From a virus: a stretch of DNA of 64,000 bases. A program made the translations under genes and the position numbers. Of this stretch, positions 28,475-37,657 are shown piece after piece. The notes beneath the pieces were generated by a model. It had not been told where the DNA came from and did not search any database. It worked only from the letters and a program-made list of their open reading frames with translations. The stretch is from IMG/VR virus record IMGVR_UViG_3300022213_000004; one strand, 5' to 3'. Each line of letters starts with the position of its first letter. Within the stretch, counting starts at the first letter, position 1.

Positions 28475-29825
28475 TAATATGTGGAAAGATGTTCGTAAAA
28501 TGTCTTCTAAAGAAATTAAAGAAGAGTTGGAGGCACTTAAGAAAGTAAGAGAACTTTCTAATAAAGCAAATGTAGATAAACTCCTAAAACAAGAGTTAGA
28601 TTTAGAACCTTTACAAAAGGTAAATCTTACTATGACTGCTAATGGAGCACTTTATCGCAGAGTAAAAGGTATGCTTCCCGAACTAATGGAAAAAATGTAT
28701 CAAGACCGAGTAATCTTCAAGAAGAAAATGATTGAAGCGAAAAAAGAATATGAGAAAACCAAGAACAAAGAACTTGTAAAAGAAATTGCCCGTTGTAATA
28801 ATATTCAGATGGCAAAGAAGATTTCTCTGAATTCTGCTTATGGTGCTATTGGGAACCAGTATTTCCGTTATTATAAACTTGAGAATGCTGAAGCAATTAC
28901 TCTTTCAGGTCAAGTCGCAATTCGTTGGATTGAAGGTAAGTTAAATCAATATCTCAATAAACTTCTTAAAACTCAGGACGTTGATTATGTTATTGCTTCA
29001 GATACTGATTCCGTTTATCTTAATATGGGTCCTGTGGTTGAAACTGTATTCAAAGGAAGAGAGAAAACTACTCAAAGCATTGTTTCGTTCCTTGATAAGG
29101 TCGCTTCAATGGAACTTGAAAAATATATTGAAAGTTCTTACCAAGAACTGGCTGACTATGTGAATGCGTATGACCAGAAGATGCAGATGAAGCGTGAGAA
29201 CATTGCTGATCGTGGAATATGGACTGCTAAGAAGCGTTATATTCTCAATGTATGGGATAGTGAAGGTGTTCGCTATGAAGAACCTAAACTGAAGATGATG
29301 GGTATTGAAGCAGTTAAGTCTTCAACCCCTGCCCCTTGTCGAAAGATGATTAAAGATGCTCTTAAGTTGATGATGAGTGGAACTGAAGATGAAGTGATTG
29401 AATTTATTGATAAGTGTCGTGAAGAATTTAAAAAACTTCCACCTGAACAAATATCATTTCCACGTTCAGCATCTGATGTTCAAAAATATAAATCTTCTGC
29501 AGACATTTATATCAAAGGCACTCCCATTCATGTTCGTGGGGCATTATTGTTTAATCACTATATTAATATGAATAAACTTACAAATAAGTATTCTCTTATT
29601 CAGAATGGAGAAAAAATCAAGTTTATCTATTTAAAAAAACCAAATATTATTCATGAGAATGTAATTTCTTTCATTCAAGAGTTTCCAAAAGAACTCAACC
29701 TTGACAAATACATAGATTATGAATTACAATTTGAGAAAGCATTTCTAGAACCACTCAAGATTATTCTTGATTCGATTGGGTGGAGTGTAGAAAGGACTAA
29801 TAGTTTAGAATTATTTTTTGTATAA
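28467..29825 (+). CDS. gp43: Family B DNA polymerase, C-terminal fragment (motifs B and C, thumb)
   Basis: KISLNSAYG, SDTDS, KKRY; C-terminal clamp-binding SLELFF. Confidence 0.95.
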   Translation: MSNNMWKDVRKMSSKEIKEELEALKKVRELSNKANVDKLLKQELDLEPLQKVNLTMTANGALYRRVKGMLPELMEKMYQDRVIFKKKMIEAKKEYEKTKNKELVKEIARCNNIQMAKKISLNSAYGAIGNQYFRYYKLENAEAITLSGQVAIRWIEGKLNQYLNKLLKTQDVDYVIASDTDSVYLNMGPVVETVFKGREKTTQSIVSFLDKVASMELEKYIESSYQELADYVNAYDQKMQMKRENIADRGIWTAKKRYILNVWDSEGVRYEEPKLKMMGIEAVKSSTPAPCRKMIKDALKLMMSGTEDEVIEFIDKCREEFKKLPPEQISFPRSASDVQKYKSSADIYIKGTPIHVRGALLFNHYINMNKLTNKYSLIQNGEKIKFIYLKKPNIIHENVISFIQEFPKELNLDKYIDYELQFEKAFLEPLKIILDSIGWSVERTNSLELFFV

Positions 29826-29833
29826 GAAGTATT

Positions 29834-30835
29834 ATGGATTTTCTTGCTGATATTGTAAAAGAAATCGGTGGCGAGTATACGCAACTTGCAACAGATATTG
29901 ATGAGACTGAGACTTATGTTGACACAGGTTCGTATATTTTTAATGCACTGGTTTCAGGTAGCATATTTGGTGGTGTATCTGGGAATAAGATTACTGCTAT
30001 TGCTGGAGAGTCTAGTACTGGAAAAACTTTTTTCAGCCTCGCCGTTGTTAAGAATTTTCTTGATACCAATCCCGATGGTTATTGTCTCTACTTTGATACT
30101 GAAGCTGCTATAACTAAATCTCTTCTAGAGAGTCGTGGTGTAGATACTCAACGCCTTGTAGTTGTGAATGTTGTAACTGTTGAAGAGTTTCGTAGTAAGG
30201 CACTTAAGGCAGTTGATATTTACCTGAAGAAAAAAGAGGATGAAAGAAAACCTTGTATGTTTGTTCTTGATTCTCTTGGAATGCTTTCAACCAATAAAGA
30301 AATTGGAGATGCTCTTGCCGAAAAAGACTCAAGAGATATGACAAAGGCACAACTGATTAAAGGTGCTTTTCGTATGTTGACTCTCAAGTTGGGGCAGGCA
30401 AGCATTCCAATGATCGTGACAAATCACACTTATGAAAGTATGAGTTTATATGGTGGCAAACAAATGAGCGGTGGATCAGGAATTCAATATGCTGCCTCTA
30501 CAATCATTTATCTTTCCAAATCAAAAGAGAAAGAAGGAACAGAGGTTATTGGAAACATTATTCGCGCCAAAACACAAAAATCACGTTTGAGTAAAGAAAA
30601 TCAAGAAGTTCAAATTCGTTTATATTATGATGAACGCGGTCTGGATCGATATTACGGACTACTTGAACTCGGTGAGATTGGAGGTCTGTGGAAAAATGTC
30701 GCAGGTCGTTATGAGATTGATGATAAGAAACTTTATGCCAAGCAAATTCTTAAAGAACCCGAAGTGTATTTTACTGAAGAAGTGATGCAAAAGTTGGACG
30801 AAATCGCACGTAACGAATTTAGTTACGGGTCATAA
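29834..30835 (+). CDS. uvsX: RecA-like recombinase
   Basis: GESSTGKT, FDTE, LDSLGML, MSGGSG. Confidence 0.96.
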   Translation: MDFLADIVKEIGGEYTQLATDIDETETYVDTGSYIFNALVSGSIFGGVSGNKITAIAGESSTGKTFFSLAVVKNFLDTNPDGYCLYFDTEAAITKSLLESRGVDTQRLVVVNVVTVEEFRSKALKAVDIYLKKKEDERKPCMFVLDSLGMLSTNKEIGDALAEKDSRDMTKAQLIKGAFRMLTLKLGQASIPMIVTNHTYESMSLYGGKQMSGGSGIQYAASTIIYLSKSKEKEGTEVIGNIIRAKTQKSRLSKENQEVQIRLYYDERGLDRYYGLLELGEIGGLWKNVAGRYEIDDKKLYAKQILKEPEVYFTEEVMQKLDEIARNEFSYGS

Positions 30836-30849
30836 TCAATTTCTATCTG

Positions 30850-31392
30850 ATGATAAAGATTCTAAAAACAGGCATTAATGTATTTAAAGTTGTAAATCAA
30901 CTTAAAAAATATCCACAGGATTGGGATCATCAGAAACATCTGAAGAATTCTCAGTCCTTAGTTGATAGAGGATTTGCTGACTTGCCAGTGAGTGCTCTTC
31001 AACTTATAATGGGTGGGGTTAAAAGTAAAAAAGACTTTGTTGGAGATTCTGAAATCAACATCAAAACTCCAGCATACGAACATCACAGTGAAATCAGAAA
31101 GATTATACGCAAGCACTTTGGGAATAGAGAACTACATCGTTGTGGATTTCTTTCTCTTCCTGTTGATGAAATCGTTGGTGCTCACATTGATGAAGGTACT
31201 TATTACTTAACAAGAGACAGATATCATCTTTCCATTGTTGGAAGATATCAATATTTCTGTGGAACTGATAGCGTGATTATAGAACCTGGAACTCTTTTGT
31301 GGTTTAATAATAAGATACCTCATGGAGCCGTAAATATCGGTGATGAAACAAGAATAACCTTTGTATTTGATATGCCACATGGACCAAGTTGA
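30850..31392 (+). CDS. 2OG-Fe(II) oxygenase, aspartyl/asparaginyl beta-hydroxylase-like
   Basis: HID...RYHL...WFNNKIPHGAVN...RITFVFD. Confidence 0.8.
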   Translation: MIKILKTGINVFKVVNQLKKYPQDWDHQKHLKNSQSLVDRGFADLPVSALQLIMGGVKSKKDFVGDSEINIKTPAYEHHSEIRKIIRKHFGNRELHRCGFLSLPVDEIVGAHIDEGTYYLTRDRYHLSIVGRYQYFCGTDSVIIEPGTLLWFNNKIPHGAVNIGDETRITFVFDMPHGPS

Positions 31393-32017
31393 ATTTCTTA
31401 TTCTCCGTAATCTTTTACATAATGAGCAATATATTAGAAAAGTAATACCTTTCATCAAATCTGAATATTTTGAAGATCAAAATCAAAAGATTGTATTTGA
31501 AGAAATACTTTCTTTTGTTCAAGAATATAATCAACCAGCAACAAAAGAAGTTCTCTGCATTGAGGTTGAGAAAAGAGCAGATATTAATGAGCAATCTTTC
31601 AAAGAAATCATTCAAATAATTTCTTGCCTAGAAGATGTTCCAGCAGAATTTAATTGGTTAGTTGATACTACTGAAAAATGGTGTCGTGATCGTGCCATTT
31701 ACTTGGCACTTATGGAATCTATTCATATTGCTGATGGAAAGGACGAAAAAAAGAATCGTGATAGCATTCCTTCTATTCTCTCTGATGCTCTTGCTGTAAG
31801 TTTTGATAATCATATCGGACACGATTACTTACAGGATTATGAACAAAGATATGAGTCTTATCATAAAAAGGAGGATAAAATTGAATTTGATCTTGAGTAC
31901 TTTAACAAAATCACGAAAGGTGGTCTTCCTAACAAGACTCTCAATATTGCTCTCGCTGGTTGTGTTCATCCAGAAACCAAAGTTAAAATTAGGTTTAGGA
32001 AACGTAGTGCCATTTAG
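31379..32017 (+). CDS. gp41: Replicative helicase N-terminal fragment with 18-aa N-intein
   Basis: TEKWCRDRAIY, IGHDY, TLNIALAG followed by CVHPETKVKIRFRKRSAI. Confidence 0.93.
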   Translation: MDQVEFLILRNLLHNEQYIRKVIPFIKSEYFEDQNQKIVFEEILSFVQEYNQPATKEVLCIEVEKRADINEQSFKEIIQIISCLEDVPAEFNWLVDTTEKWCRDRAIYLALMESIHIADGKDEKKNRDSIPSILSDALAVSFDNHIGHDYLQDYEQRYESYHKKEDKIEFDLEYFNKITKGGLPNKTLNIALAGCVHPETKVKIRFRKRSAI

Positions 32018-33077
32018 ATTTTTTTGATTTACATCTTTGAACCATTGCTCCAACTGTGATATTATTTTTTAATGCCGCATCAGTAATAGAATCATAAATG
32101 TTTATTCCATCACTAACTTTTCTTCTTCTTGATGATGGTTTATTTGTTTTTATTCCTTTATTTGGACTCTCTATTGGTGACCCAAAAATGTATCCTTTTT
32201 CTAAATAAAAATCAATATCTTTCGGACTTACTCTTATAAAAGTAGTGTCTCCTGGTCTGTGCATAACTTTTTTACCTTTGTGTGATTTTCCACCAAGAGA
32301 TGCCCATTCTTTGTGAAGTTCTTTATTATTTTTATATTGATGAAATCCTAATCCAAGTTCTGCTTGCTTTTTTCCTCCAATTTTTCCTTTTTTAGATGCT
32401 TGAGTTTTTCTTATCTCTTTTGGAATATAAAATTTTTTTCTTAAAAATTGAGCAGACCATAAATCATTTACATTGTGATTTATTTTCCATAGCAAATAAT
32501 GAACTATGAAATGTTCTCTTTCAGTTAAGTATGAAAAATTTTCTTCATTATCACCACCCCCAGAATGTTTTGGTATAATATGGTGTTTATGCAGACCACT
32601 TTTTTCCTTATACTCTAGTTTTCTTTTACATCCTGCTTCTATTATGTTATGATGTATTTGATTAAACATTATACTCCCTGCTAATACTATTATTTATATA
32701 AAATGTGGATTGAAAAAGAAACATCAATTGCTGAAATCAAAACATTACTTGATAATGGATATGAAGTAGAAGTTGATTCACCTGATGGATATGTTCCTGT
32801 TAATTTTTTTATTAATAAGGGAATGTATGATGAATATGTTTTAAAGGTTGATGGATATGAACCAATCAAATGTAATGCAGATCATTTATTTGAAACATCT
32901 TTTGGATGGATGAAAGCATCTCATCTTTATGAAAAATACCAGATAATGCATTTTCTAACAGAAAATGGTTATAAACTTGGTAGTGTCTTTAAAACGGGAA
33001 ATCAAATACCTATTGTAGATATTAATGTAAATCATCCAAATCATAGGTATTATACTAATGGTATTTCCTCTCATAAT
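31961..33077 (+). mobile_element. Split intein plus free-standing HNH gene (fractured gp41)
   Basis: IntN starts with Cys at 31961; IntC ends SSHN at 33077 followed by Thr; HNH gene between them on the opposite strand. Confidence 0.9.
31995..32669 (-). CDS. HNH homing endonuclease between the intein halves
   Basis: HKHHIIPKHSGGGDNEENFSYLTEREHFIVH; TATAAATA and GGGAG RBS upstream on the minus strand. Confidence 0.9.
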   Translation of the reverse strand: MFNQIHHNIIEAGCKRKLEYKEKSGLHKHHIIPKHSGGGDNEENFSYLTEREHFIVHYLLWKINHNVNDLWSAQFLRKKFYIPKEIRKTQASKKGKIGGKKQAELGLGFHQYKNNKELHKEWASLGGKSHKGKKVMHRPGDTTFIRVSPKDIDFYLEKGYIFGSPIESPNKGIKTNKPSSRRRKVSDGINIYDSITDAALKNNITVGAMVQRCKSKKSKWHYVS

Positions 33078-33872
33078 ACTGGAGTTGGAAAATCTTTGTT
33101 TATGTGTCACGTAGCAGCATCAGTTCTTCTACAAGGACGGAACGTTCTGTACATTACGCTGGAAATGGCAGAAGAACGCATTGCTGAAAGAATTGACGCA
33201 AACCTCCTAAATGTACCTATTCAAGATATTGTTGATCTTCCAAAGCAAATGTTTGAAACTAAGGTTACAAATCTTGCTAAGAAAACTCAAGGTACTCTTA
33301 TAATTAAAGAATATCCAACAGCATCCGCACATGCAGGTCACTTTAAGTCACTTCTTAACGAACTTTCACTTAAGAAGTCATTTAGACCTGATATTATTTT
33401 CATTGATTACCTTAATATTTGTGCTTCCAGCAGGTATAAAGGAAATAGCAATATCAATTCTTATACATTTGTCAAAGCAATTGCTGAAGAACTTAGGGGA
33501 CTTGCAGTGGAGTTTAATGTCCCTATCGTCAGTGCGACACAGACGACAAGAAGTGGATTTGGTTCATCTGATCCAGAATTGACCGATACAAGTGAGTCCT
33601 TTGGTCTTCCTGCTACTGCCGATCTTATGTTTGCCCTTATTAGTACAGAAGAACTTGAAGGTCTTGGACAGATTCTTGTAAAACAACTTAAGAATCGTTA
33701 TAATGATCCTACCATTCATAAAAGATTTGTGATTGGTATTGACCGTGCAAAAATGCGTCTTTATGATTGCGAACAATCTGCTCAACAAGATATCCTTGAC
33801 AATGGAAAGGATGAAGAGTATGATTATGAAGAAAGAAAACCTAAAAAATCATTTGAAGGATTTAAATTCTAA
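32703..33872 (+). CDS. gp41: 125-aa C-intein fused to replicative helicase C-terminal fragment
   Basis: ...HRYYTNGISSHN then TGVGKS, ITLEMAE, IDYLN, SATQT, QLKNRY. Confidence 0.95.
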   Translation: MWIEKETSIAEIKTLLDNGYEVEVDSPDGYVPVNFFINKGMYDEYVLKVDGYEPIKCNADHLFETSFGWMKASHLYEKYQIMHFLTENGYKLGSVFKTGNQIPIVDINVNHPNHRYYTNGISSHNTGVGKSLFMCHVAASVLLQGRNVLYITLEMAEERIAERIDANLLNVPIQDIVDLPKQMFETKVTNLAKKTQGTLIIKEYPTASAHAGHFKSLLNELSLKKSFRPDIIFIDYLNICASSRYKGNSNINSYTFVKAIAEELRGLAVEFNVPIVSATQTTRSGFGSSDPELTDTSESFGLPATADLMFALISTEELEGLGQILVKQLKNRYNDPTIHKRFVIGIDRAKMRLYDCEQSAQQDILDNGKDEEYDYEERKPKKSFEGFKF

Positions 33873-33873
33873 T

Positions 33874-34287
33874 ATGACTCAAGTTATTGATACAAACAAA
33901 TATATTGAATTCGTTCGTCAAACTACAAGTCCAGCAAGCAGTGATTTTGCTCAACTACTTGCTCGTATGACTGAACTTGAAGCAACTAATGATGCTGATG
34001 TTCCTCGTCTTCTTACTGCTGCCCTTGGTATGAGTGCAGAGTGTGGAGAACTGGTAGAAATTATCAAGAAAATTCTACTGCAGGGAAAATCTTATAATGA
34101 AGATAATGTTATTCATATGAAAAAAGAAGCAGGTGATGTGCTTTGGTATATGTCTCAACTTTGTATTGCTTTAAACACTACATTTGAGGAATTGATGGAA
34201 ATTAATTATCAAAAACTATCAGCAAGATATCCGGAAGGAACTTTCTCTGTCTATAAATCAGAAAATAGGGCAGAAGGAGATATTTGA
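33874..34287 (+). CDS. mazG: MazG-like nucleotide pyrophosphohydrolase
   Basis: GMSAECGELVEIIKK...EAGDVLWY...KLSARYP. Confidence 0.9.
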   Translation: MTQVIDTNKYIEFVRQTTSPASSDFAQLLARMTELEATNDADVPRLLTAALGMSAECGELVEIIKKILLQGKSYNEDNVIHMKKEAGDVLWYMSQLCIALNTTFEELMEINYQKLSARYPEGTFSVYKSENRAEGDI

Positions 34288-34292
34288 TTTAT

Positions 34293-34317
34293 GGAGGTTG
34301 AAAAACCTCCTTTTTTG
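34293..34317 (+). terminator. Intrinsic terminator after mazG
   Basis: GGAGGTT-gaaa-AACCTCC followed by a T run. Confidence 0.85.
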
Positions 34318-34369
34318 TTATTTCTGTAATCTCTATAATTTATAAATAATAATAGAGTTAAAGGTAATT

Positions 34370-35098
34370 ATGAATTATATTGTATATGCATATTGTAATG
34401 AATTTGGAAAATTTTATTATATTGGTAGAGGAAGAGTAGGTAGAGAAATAGAAAATCATAAAAGGATAAAAGTTCCTCCAAGAGAAAGAATTTCAATACT
34501 ACATAAAAATCTAACTAAACAAGAAAGTGTTGATTATGAAAAAGGTTTAATTAAATTTTATGGAAGAAAAATTGATGGTGGAATATTAGAAAATTTAAGT
34601 ATAGGTGGGCATTGCGGTTCTGAAGGAGTTCCTCCTTGGAATAAAGGTAAAAGGTGTGGATATATTTCAGAATCAAATAGTAAAAGAATTGGAGAATTAC
34701 ATCCACTTTATGGTAAATCTTTATCAAGAGAGATAAGAGATAAGATTAGTCAATCTAATAAAGGAAAAAAACATACCGAAGAATCAAAAAATAAAATTAG
34801 TGAGAGTAATCTTGGAGTTAAAAAAACAGAGGAGCATAAAAAAAATATAAGTAAAGGTAAAAAAGGTATGAAGCAATCTGAAACTCATAGACAAAATAAT
34901 TCTAAAAGTAAGTGTAAGTTTTTATATAAAATTGAAACGCCCACTGGAGAAATTGTTGAAACTGAAAATATGAGGAAATTTAGTATTGAAAATAATCTAC
35001 CTCCAGCATCTATGCATAGGTTATCTACTGGTCAGTATATTGAATATCGTGGATATAAATTAGTTGATAAAATTGAGTTAATAGTAAAACCAACTTGA
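34370..35098 (+). CDS. GIY-YIG-like homing endonuclease with NUMOD3 repeats
   Basis: YIVYAYCNEFGKFYYIGRG; KGKKHTEESKNKIS repeats. Confidence 0.85.
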   Translation: MNYIVYAYCNEFGKFYYIGRGRVGREIENHKRIKVPPRERISILHKNLTKQESVDYEKGLIKFYGRKIDGGILENLSIGGHCGSEGVPPWNKGKRCGYISESNSKRIGELHPLYGKSLSREIRDKISQSNKGKKHTEESKNKISESNLGVKKTEEHKKNISKGKKGMKQSETHRQNNSKSKCKFLYKIETPTGEIVETENMRKFSIENNLPPASMHRLSTGQYIEYRGYKLVDKIELIVKPT

Positions 35099-35142
35099 CT
35101 TTATTTTTTTGTGTGGTATAATCAAATAGAAAAGGAGAAAAT

Positions 35143-35331
35143 ATGAAAACACTAACATCTTTTATTGCTCCAGAAAAAGCAAAGTTTATGTTTCAAAGCA
35201 CATCACAAGGACCTGTAATGTGGGTTGTATCAGATGAAGGAAACCAAAAACTTTTTAGGTTTCGTGGAAAAACAATTCGTGATAAAGATAAGAAGTTTTC
35301 GCATATGAAGTATTATCTGGAGGAAGTATGA
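35143..35331 (+). CDS. Hypothetical protein
   Basis: AAGGAG RBS; TTGACT-16-TATAAT promoter at 35095-35122. Confidence 0.6.
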   Translation: MKTLTSFIAPEKAKFMFQSTSQGPVMWVVSDEGNQKLFRFRGKTIRDKDKKFSHMKYYLEEV

Positions 35332-35516
35332 CTAAAGAAAAGCAAGTAACTATTAAAATAGATGTGCGTTCTGCAGCAGCGGTTCGTCAAGTTCTCTTTG
35401 ATGCACAAAAGGGATATACTTATGATGAAGTATGTGTTCCTTCACGGATTACTGATATTCGCAAAGTAATTCAAGACCTTGATGATAATATTGGTGCTGC
35501 TCTTGGCACAGAATAA
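35328..35516 (+). CDS. Conserved cyanophage hypothetical protein
   Basis: GGAGG RBS; AAAVRQVLF...PSRI..IRKVI. Confidence 0.7.
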   Translation: MTKEKQVTIKIDVRSAAAVRQVLFDAQKGYTYDEVCVPSRITDIRKVIQDLDDNIGAALGTE

Positions 35517-35528
35517 ATAAAAACAAAA

Positions 35529-35927
35529 ATGTCTTTAATTGGAAAAAGAAAAGGAAGACCAACTACAAAGTATCAATTTGAATCAATTCTCAAAAGGTTT
35601 TTGGTATTTCTAAAAAGAGAAATTAAATTCTATTATGATGTTCCAATTATTCTTGTGGATGACGTAGATTTTTGTAAAAACAATAAAACTTTTGGGTTAA
35701 TGTACCCGGATAAAATTGTGATTAGTGTTGTTAATCGTCATCCAATAGACATTTTAAGAACAGTAGCGCACGAATATATTCATCATAAGCAGCAAAGTGA
35801 AGGCAAAAAACTAAATGGAAATGCGGGAAGTTCCAGTGAGAACGAAGCAAATGCGAAAGCAGGGGAAATACTTAGAAAATATGGAAACTTGCATCCTGAA
35901 TTATTTGACCTAATACCTATTAGATAA
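35529..35927 (+). CDS. Putative zincin metallopeptidase-like protein
   Basis: DILRTVAHEYIHHKQ (HEXXH) and ENEANAKAG. Confidence 0.7.
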   Translation: MSLIGKRKGRPTTKYQFESILKRFLVFLKREIKFYYDVPIILVDDVDFCKNNKTFGLMYPDKIVISVVNRHPIDILRTVAHEYIHHKQQSEGKKLNGNAGSSSENEANAKAGEILRKYGNLHPELFDLIPIR

Positions 35928-35966
35928 TTTGTTTTTATAAATAACTAAAAAAAGTATTTGTAAAAG

Positions 35967-37595
35967 ATGTCTAGACTTACTGGAAATGATGCCTACGATT
36001 TGATGGAAGCATATTCTGCTGTTTATCAACCTAGAGTAGAACTTACTGAAGAGCAAGTTTGGGAAGAAGTTGAGAACTGGGTCAATTCTCTTATTGAAGA
36101 AGGTTATGATCTGAGTGAGTATACCTGGGAAGATATGTATGAAGAGTATTTGAGTGAAATTCCCACATCAGGGCAAATGAGTGGTGCAACCGCACGTCAA
36201 AGACAAGCACAAGTACAATCTGCTAGAAATGCTCAAAGAGGACAAATTGAAGTCGGTACAAATTTTCTGGGACTTGGAGGTGAACGAGCACAATTTCAAA
36301 GAACACGTCAAGGTAATTTGCAATTAACTGGAAATAGACCTTATCGTGGTCAGGGTCTTGAAAGAAGTATTACATATGGTGGTCAAGCATATGATAGATT
36401 AACGCAGGGAAATAGAGTCACATACGTAAGAAGAGGAGGTAATACAGGAGGTAATACAGGAGGTAATACAGGAGGTAATACAAGACCCGCAGAACAAACT
36501 CCCGCTAAACCATCCGCCGCTCCAGCAAGACCTGCTGCAGCGCCTGCAAGACCCGCAGAACAAACTCCCGCTAAACCATCCGCCGCTCCAGCAAGACCTG
36601 CTGCAGCGCCTGCAAGACCAGCAGCAGCATCTGCACCAACTGCAGAAAGAAGAACTCCAACATCTGCTGAATTGAGAGCAGCACAAGGAGCAAGATCTAC
36701 TGCACTTGCTGCAGGAAAGACTAGACCAGAAGCAGAAAAAGCAGCAGTTCAAGCTGGAATTGATAGAGGAACTAAATTAATGGGAGGTCCTTCGGGTCCT
36801 GGTAAAATTGATACGAGTAGTGTTTCTAGAGATCTTGCTAGAGCAAATACTCCTCCTCCTTCTTCTTCATCAACACCAGCAGCAAAACCAACACCAACTA
36901 CACAGAGAAGACCTATGGGATCAGTAAAACCAGGAAGCCTTGTTTCCAGCTTTGATATGTTCGACATTGTGAAAGGATATTTAATTGACGAAGGATATGC
37001 TGACACGGAAGATGCAGCAATCGCTATTATGGCGAGTATGAGCGAAGATTGGAAAACTGCTATTATTTCTGAAGCAAGAGCAGAAGGAGTAAAACCATAT
37101 AAGCCAGGTCCAACTCAAGCAGAAGTGAGAGCAGATGCAAGAAGAGCCCGCGAAAATCACGTAGAGAAATCAAAAGGTCAGAAAGGTTATGGTGATGAAG
37201 AAAAGTTTAAGGATTGGAAAGACAGATCAACCCCAGGATCAACGCTCAAGAGAAAGGGTGGAGAAGAAGAGACTGTTTCCCAAAGAATGAACCGTGAAAA
37301 GCCTTATGCTAAGAGAATGACTGGCCAGATGGCAAGAGAGTATGGAAGCCGTCATGCTGCTGAAGTTACCCGTGTTGTAAAAGGTGCTGGTGAACCACAA
37401 GCAGTCACTTATCCAAGAAAGGGCAGAGACGAGAAGAAAAAAGTCTCTAAGGAAATCATTCGCAGGGAAGAACTAGAACTTTATAATTATATTCTTTCTC
37501 ATCTCCTTGACGAAGGTTATGCTAGTGATGTGGAAACTGCAGAAGGAATTATTGAAAATATGAGTGATGAGTGGATTCTAAGCATCCTTGGGTGA
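35967..37595 (+). CDS. Putative internal head / virion protein with three acidic (L/I)(I/L)(E/D)EGY modules and low-complexity linkers
   Basis: LIEEGYD, LIDEGYA and LLDEGYA repeats; TATAAATA upstream. Confidence 0.65.
   Translation: MSRLTGNDAYDLMEAYSAVYQPRVELTEEQVWEEVENWVNSLIEEGYDLSEYTWEDMYEEYLSEIPTSGQMSGATARQRQAQVQSARNAQRGQIEVGTNFLGLGGERAQFQRTRQGNLQLTGNRPYRGQGLERSITYGGQAYDRLTQGNRVTYVRRGGNTGGNTGGNTGGNTRPAEQTPAKPSAAPARPAAAPARPAEQTPAKPSAAPARPAAAPARPAAASAPTAERRTPTSAELRAAQGARSTALAAGKTRPEAEKAAVQAGIDRGTKLMGGPSGPGKIDTSSVSRDLARANTPPPSSSSTPAAKPTPTTQRRPMGSVKPGSLVSSFDMFDIVKGYLIDEGYADTEDAAIAIMASMSEDWKTAIISEARAEGVKPYKPGPTQAEVRADARRARENHVEKSKGQKGYGDEEKFKDWKDRSTPGSTLKRKGGEEETVSQRMNREKPYAKRMTGQMAREYGSRHAAEVTRVVKGAGEPQAVTYPRKGRDEKKKVSKEIIRREELELYNYILSHLLDEGYASDVETAEGIIENMSDEWILSILG
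36435..36482 (+). repeat. 4 x 12-bp tandem repeat GGAGGTAATACA (GGNT)
   Basis: Four perfect copies. Confidence 0.95.
36481..36619 (+). repeat. 2 x 66-bp perfect tandem duplication (RPAEQTPAKPSAAPARPAAAPA)
   Basis: 36481-36546 is identical to 36547-36612. Confidence 0.92.
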
Positions 37596-37657
37596 GTTAA
37601 TTTTATAACCTCAAATTGATACCCCTCTTTCTAAATAAAAGAAAGGGGGGCATTTTA

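Noticed and set aside
27600-28620. Group I intron or intein in gp43
   Set aside because: There is almost no non-coding sequence for a ribozyme core, and no intein N-terminal block or HN-C/S/T end.
33733-33873. Long N-terminus of mazG overlapping gp41
   Set aside because: The MazG-like sequence begins at ATG 33874, immediately after the gp41 stop.
36435-36619. Possible CRISPR-like array
   Set aside because: These are direct tandem in-frame coding repeats with no spacers and no cas genes.
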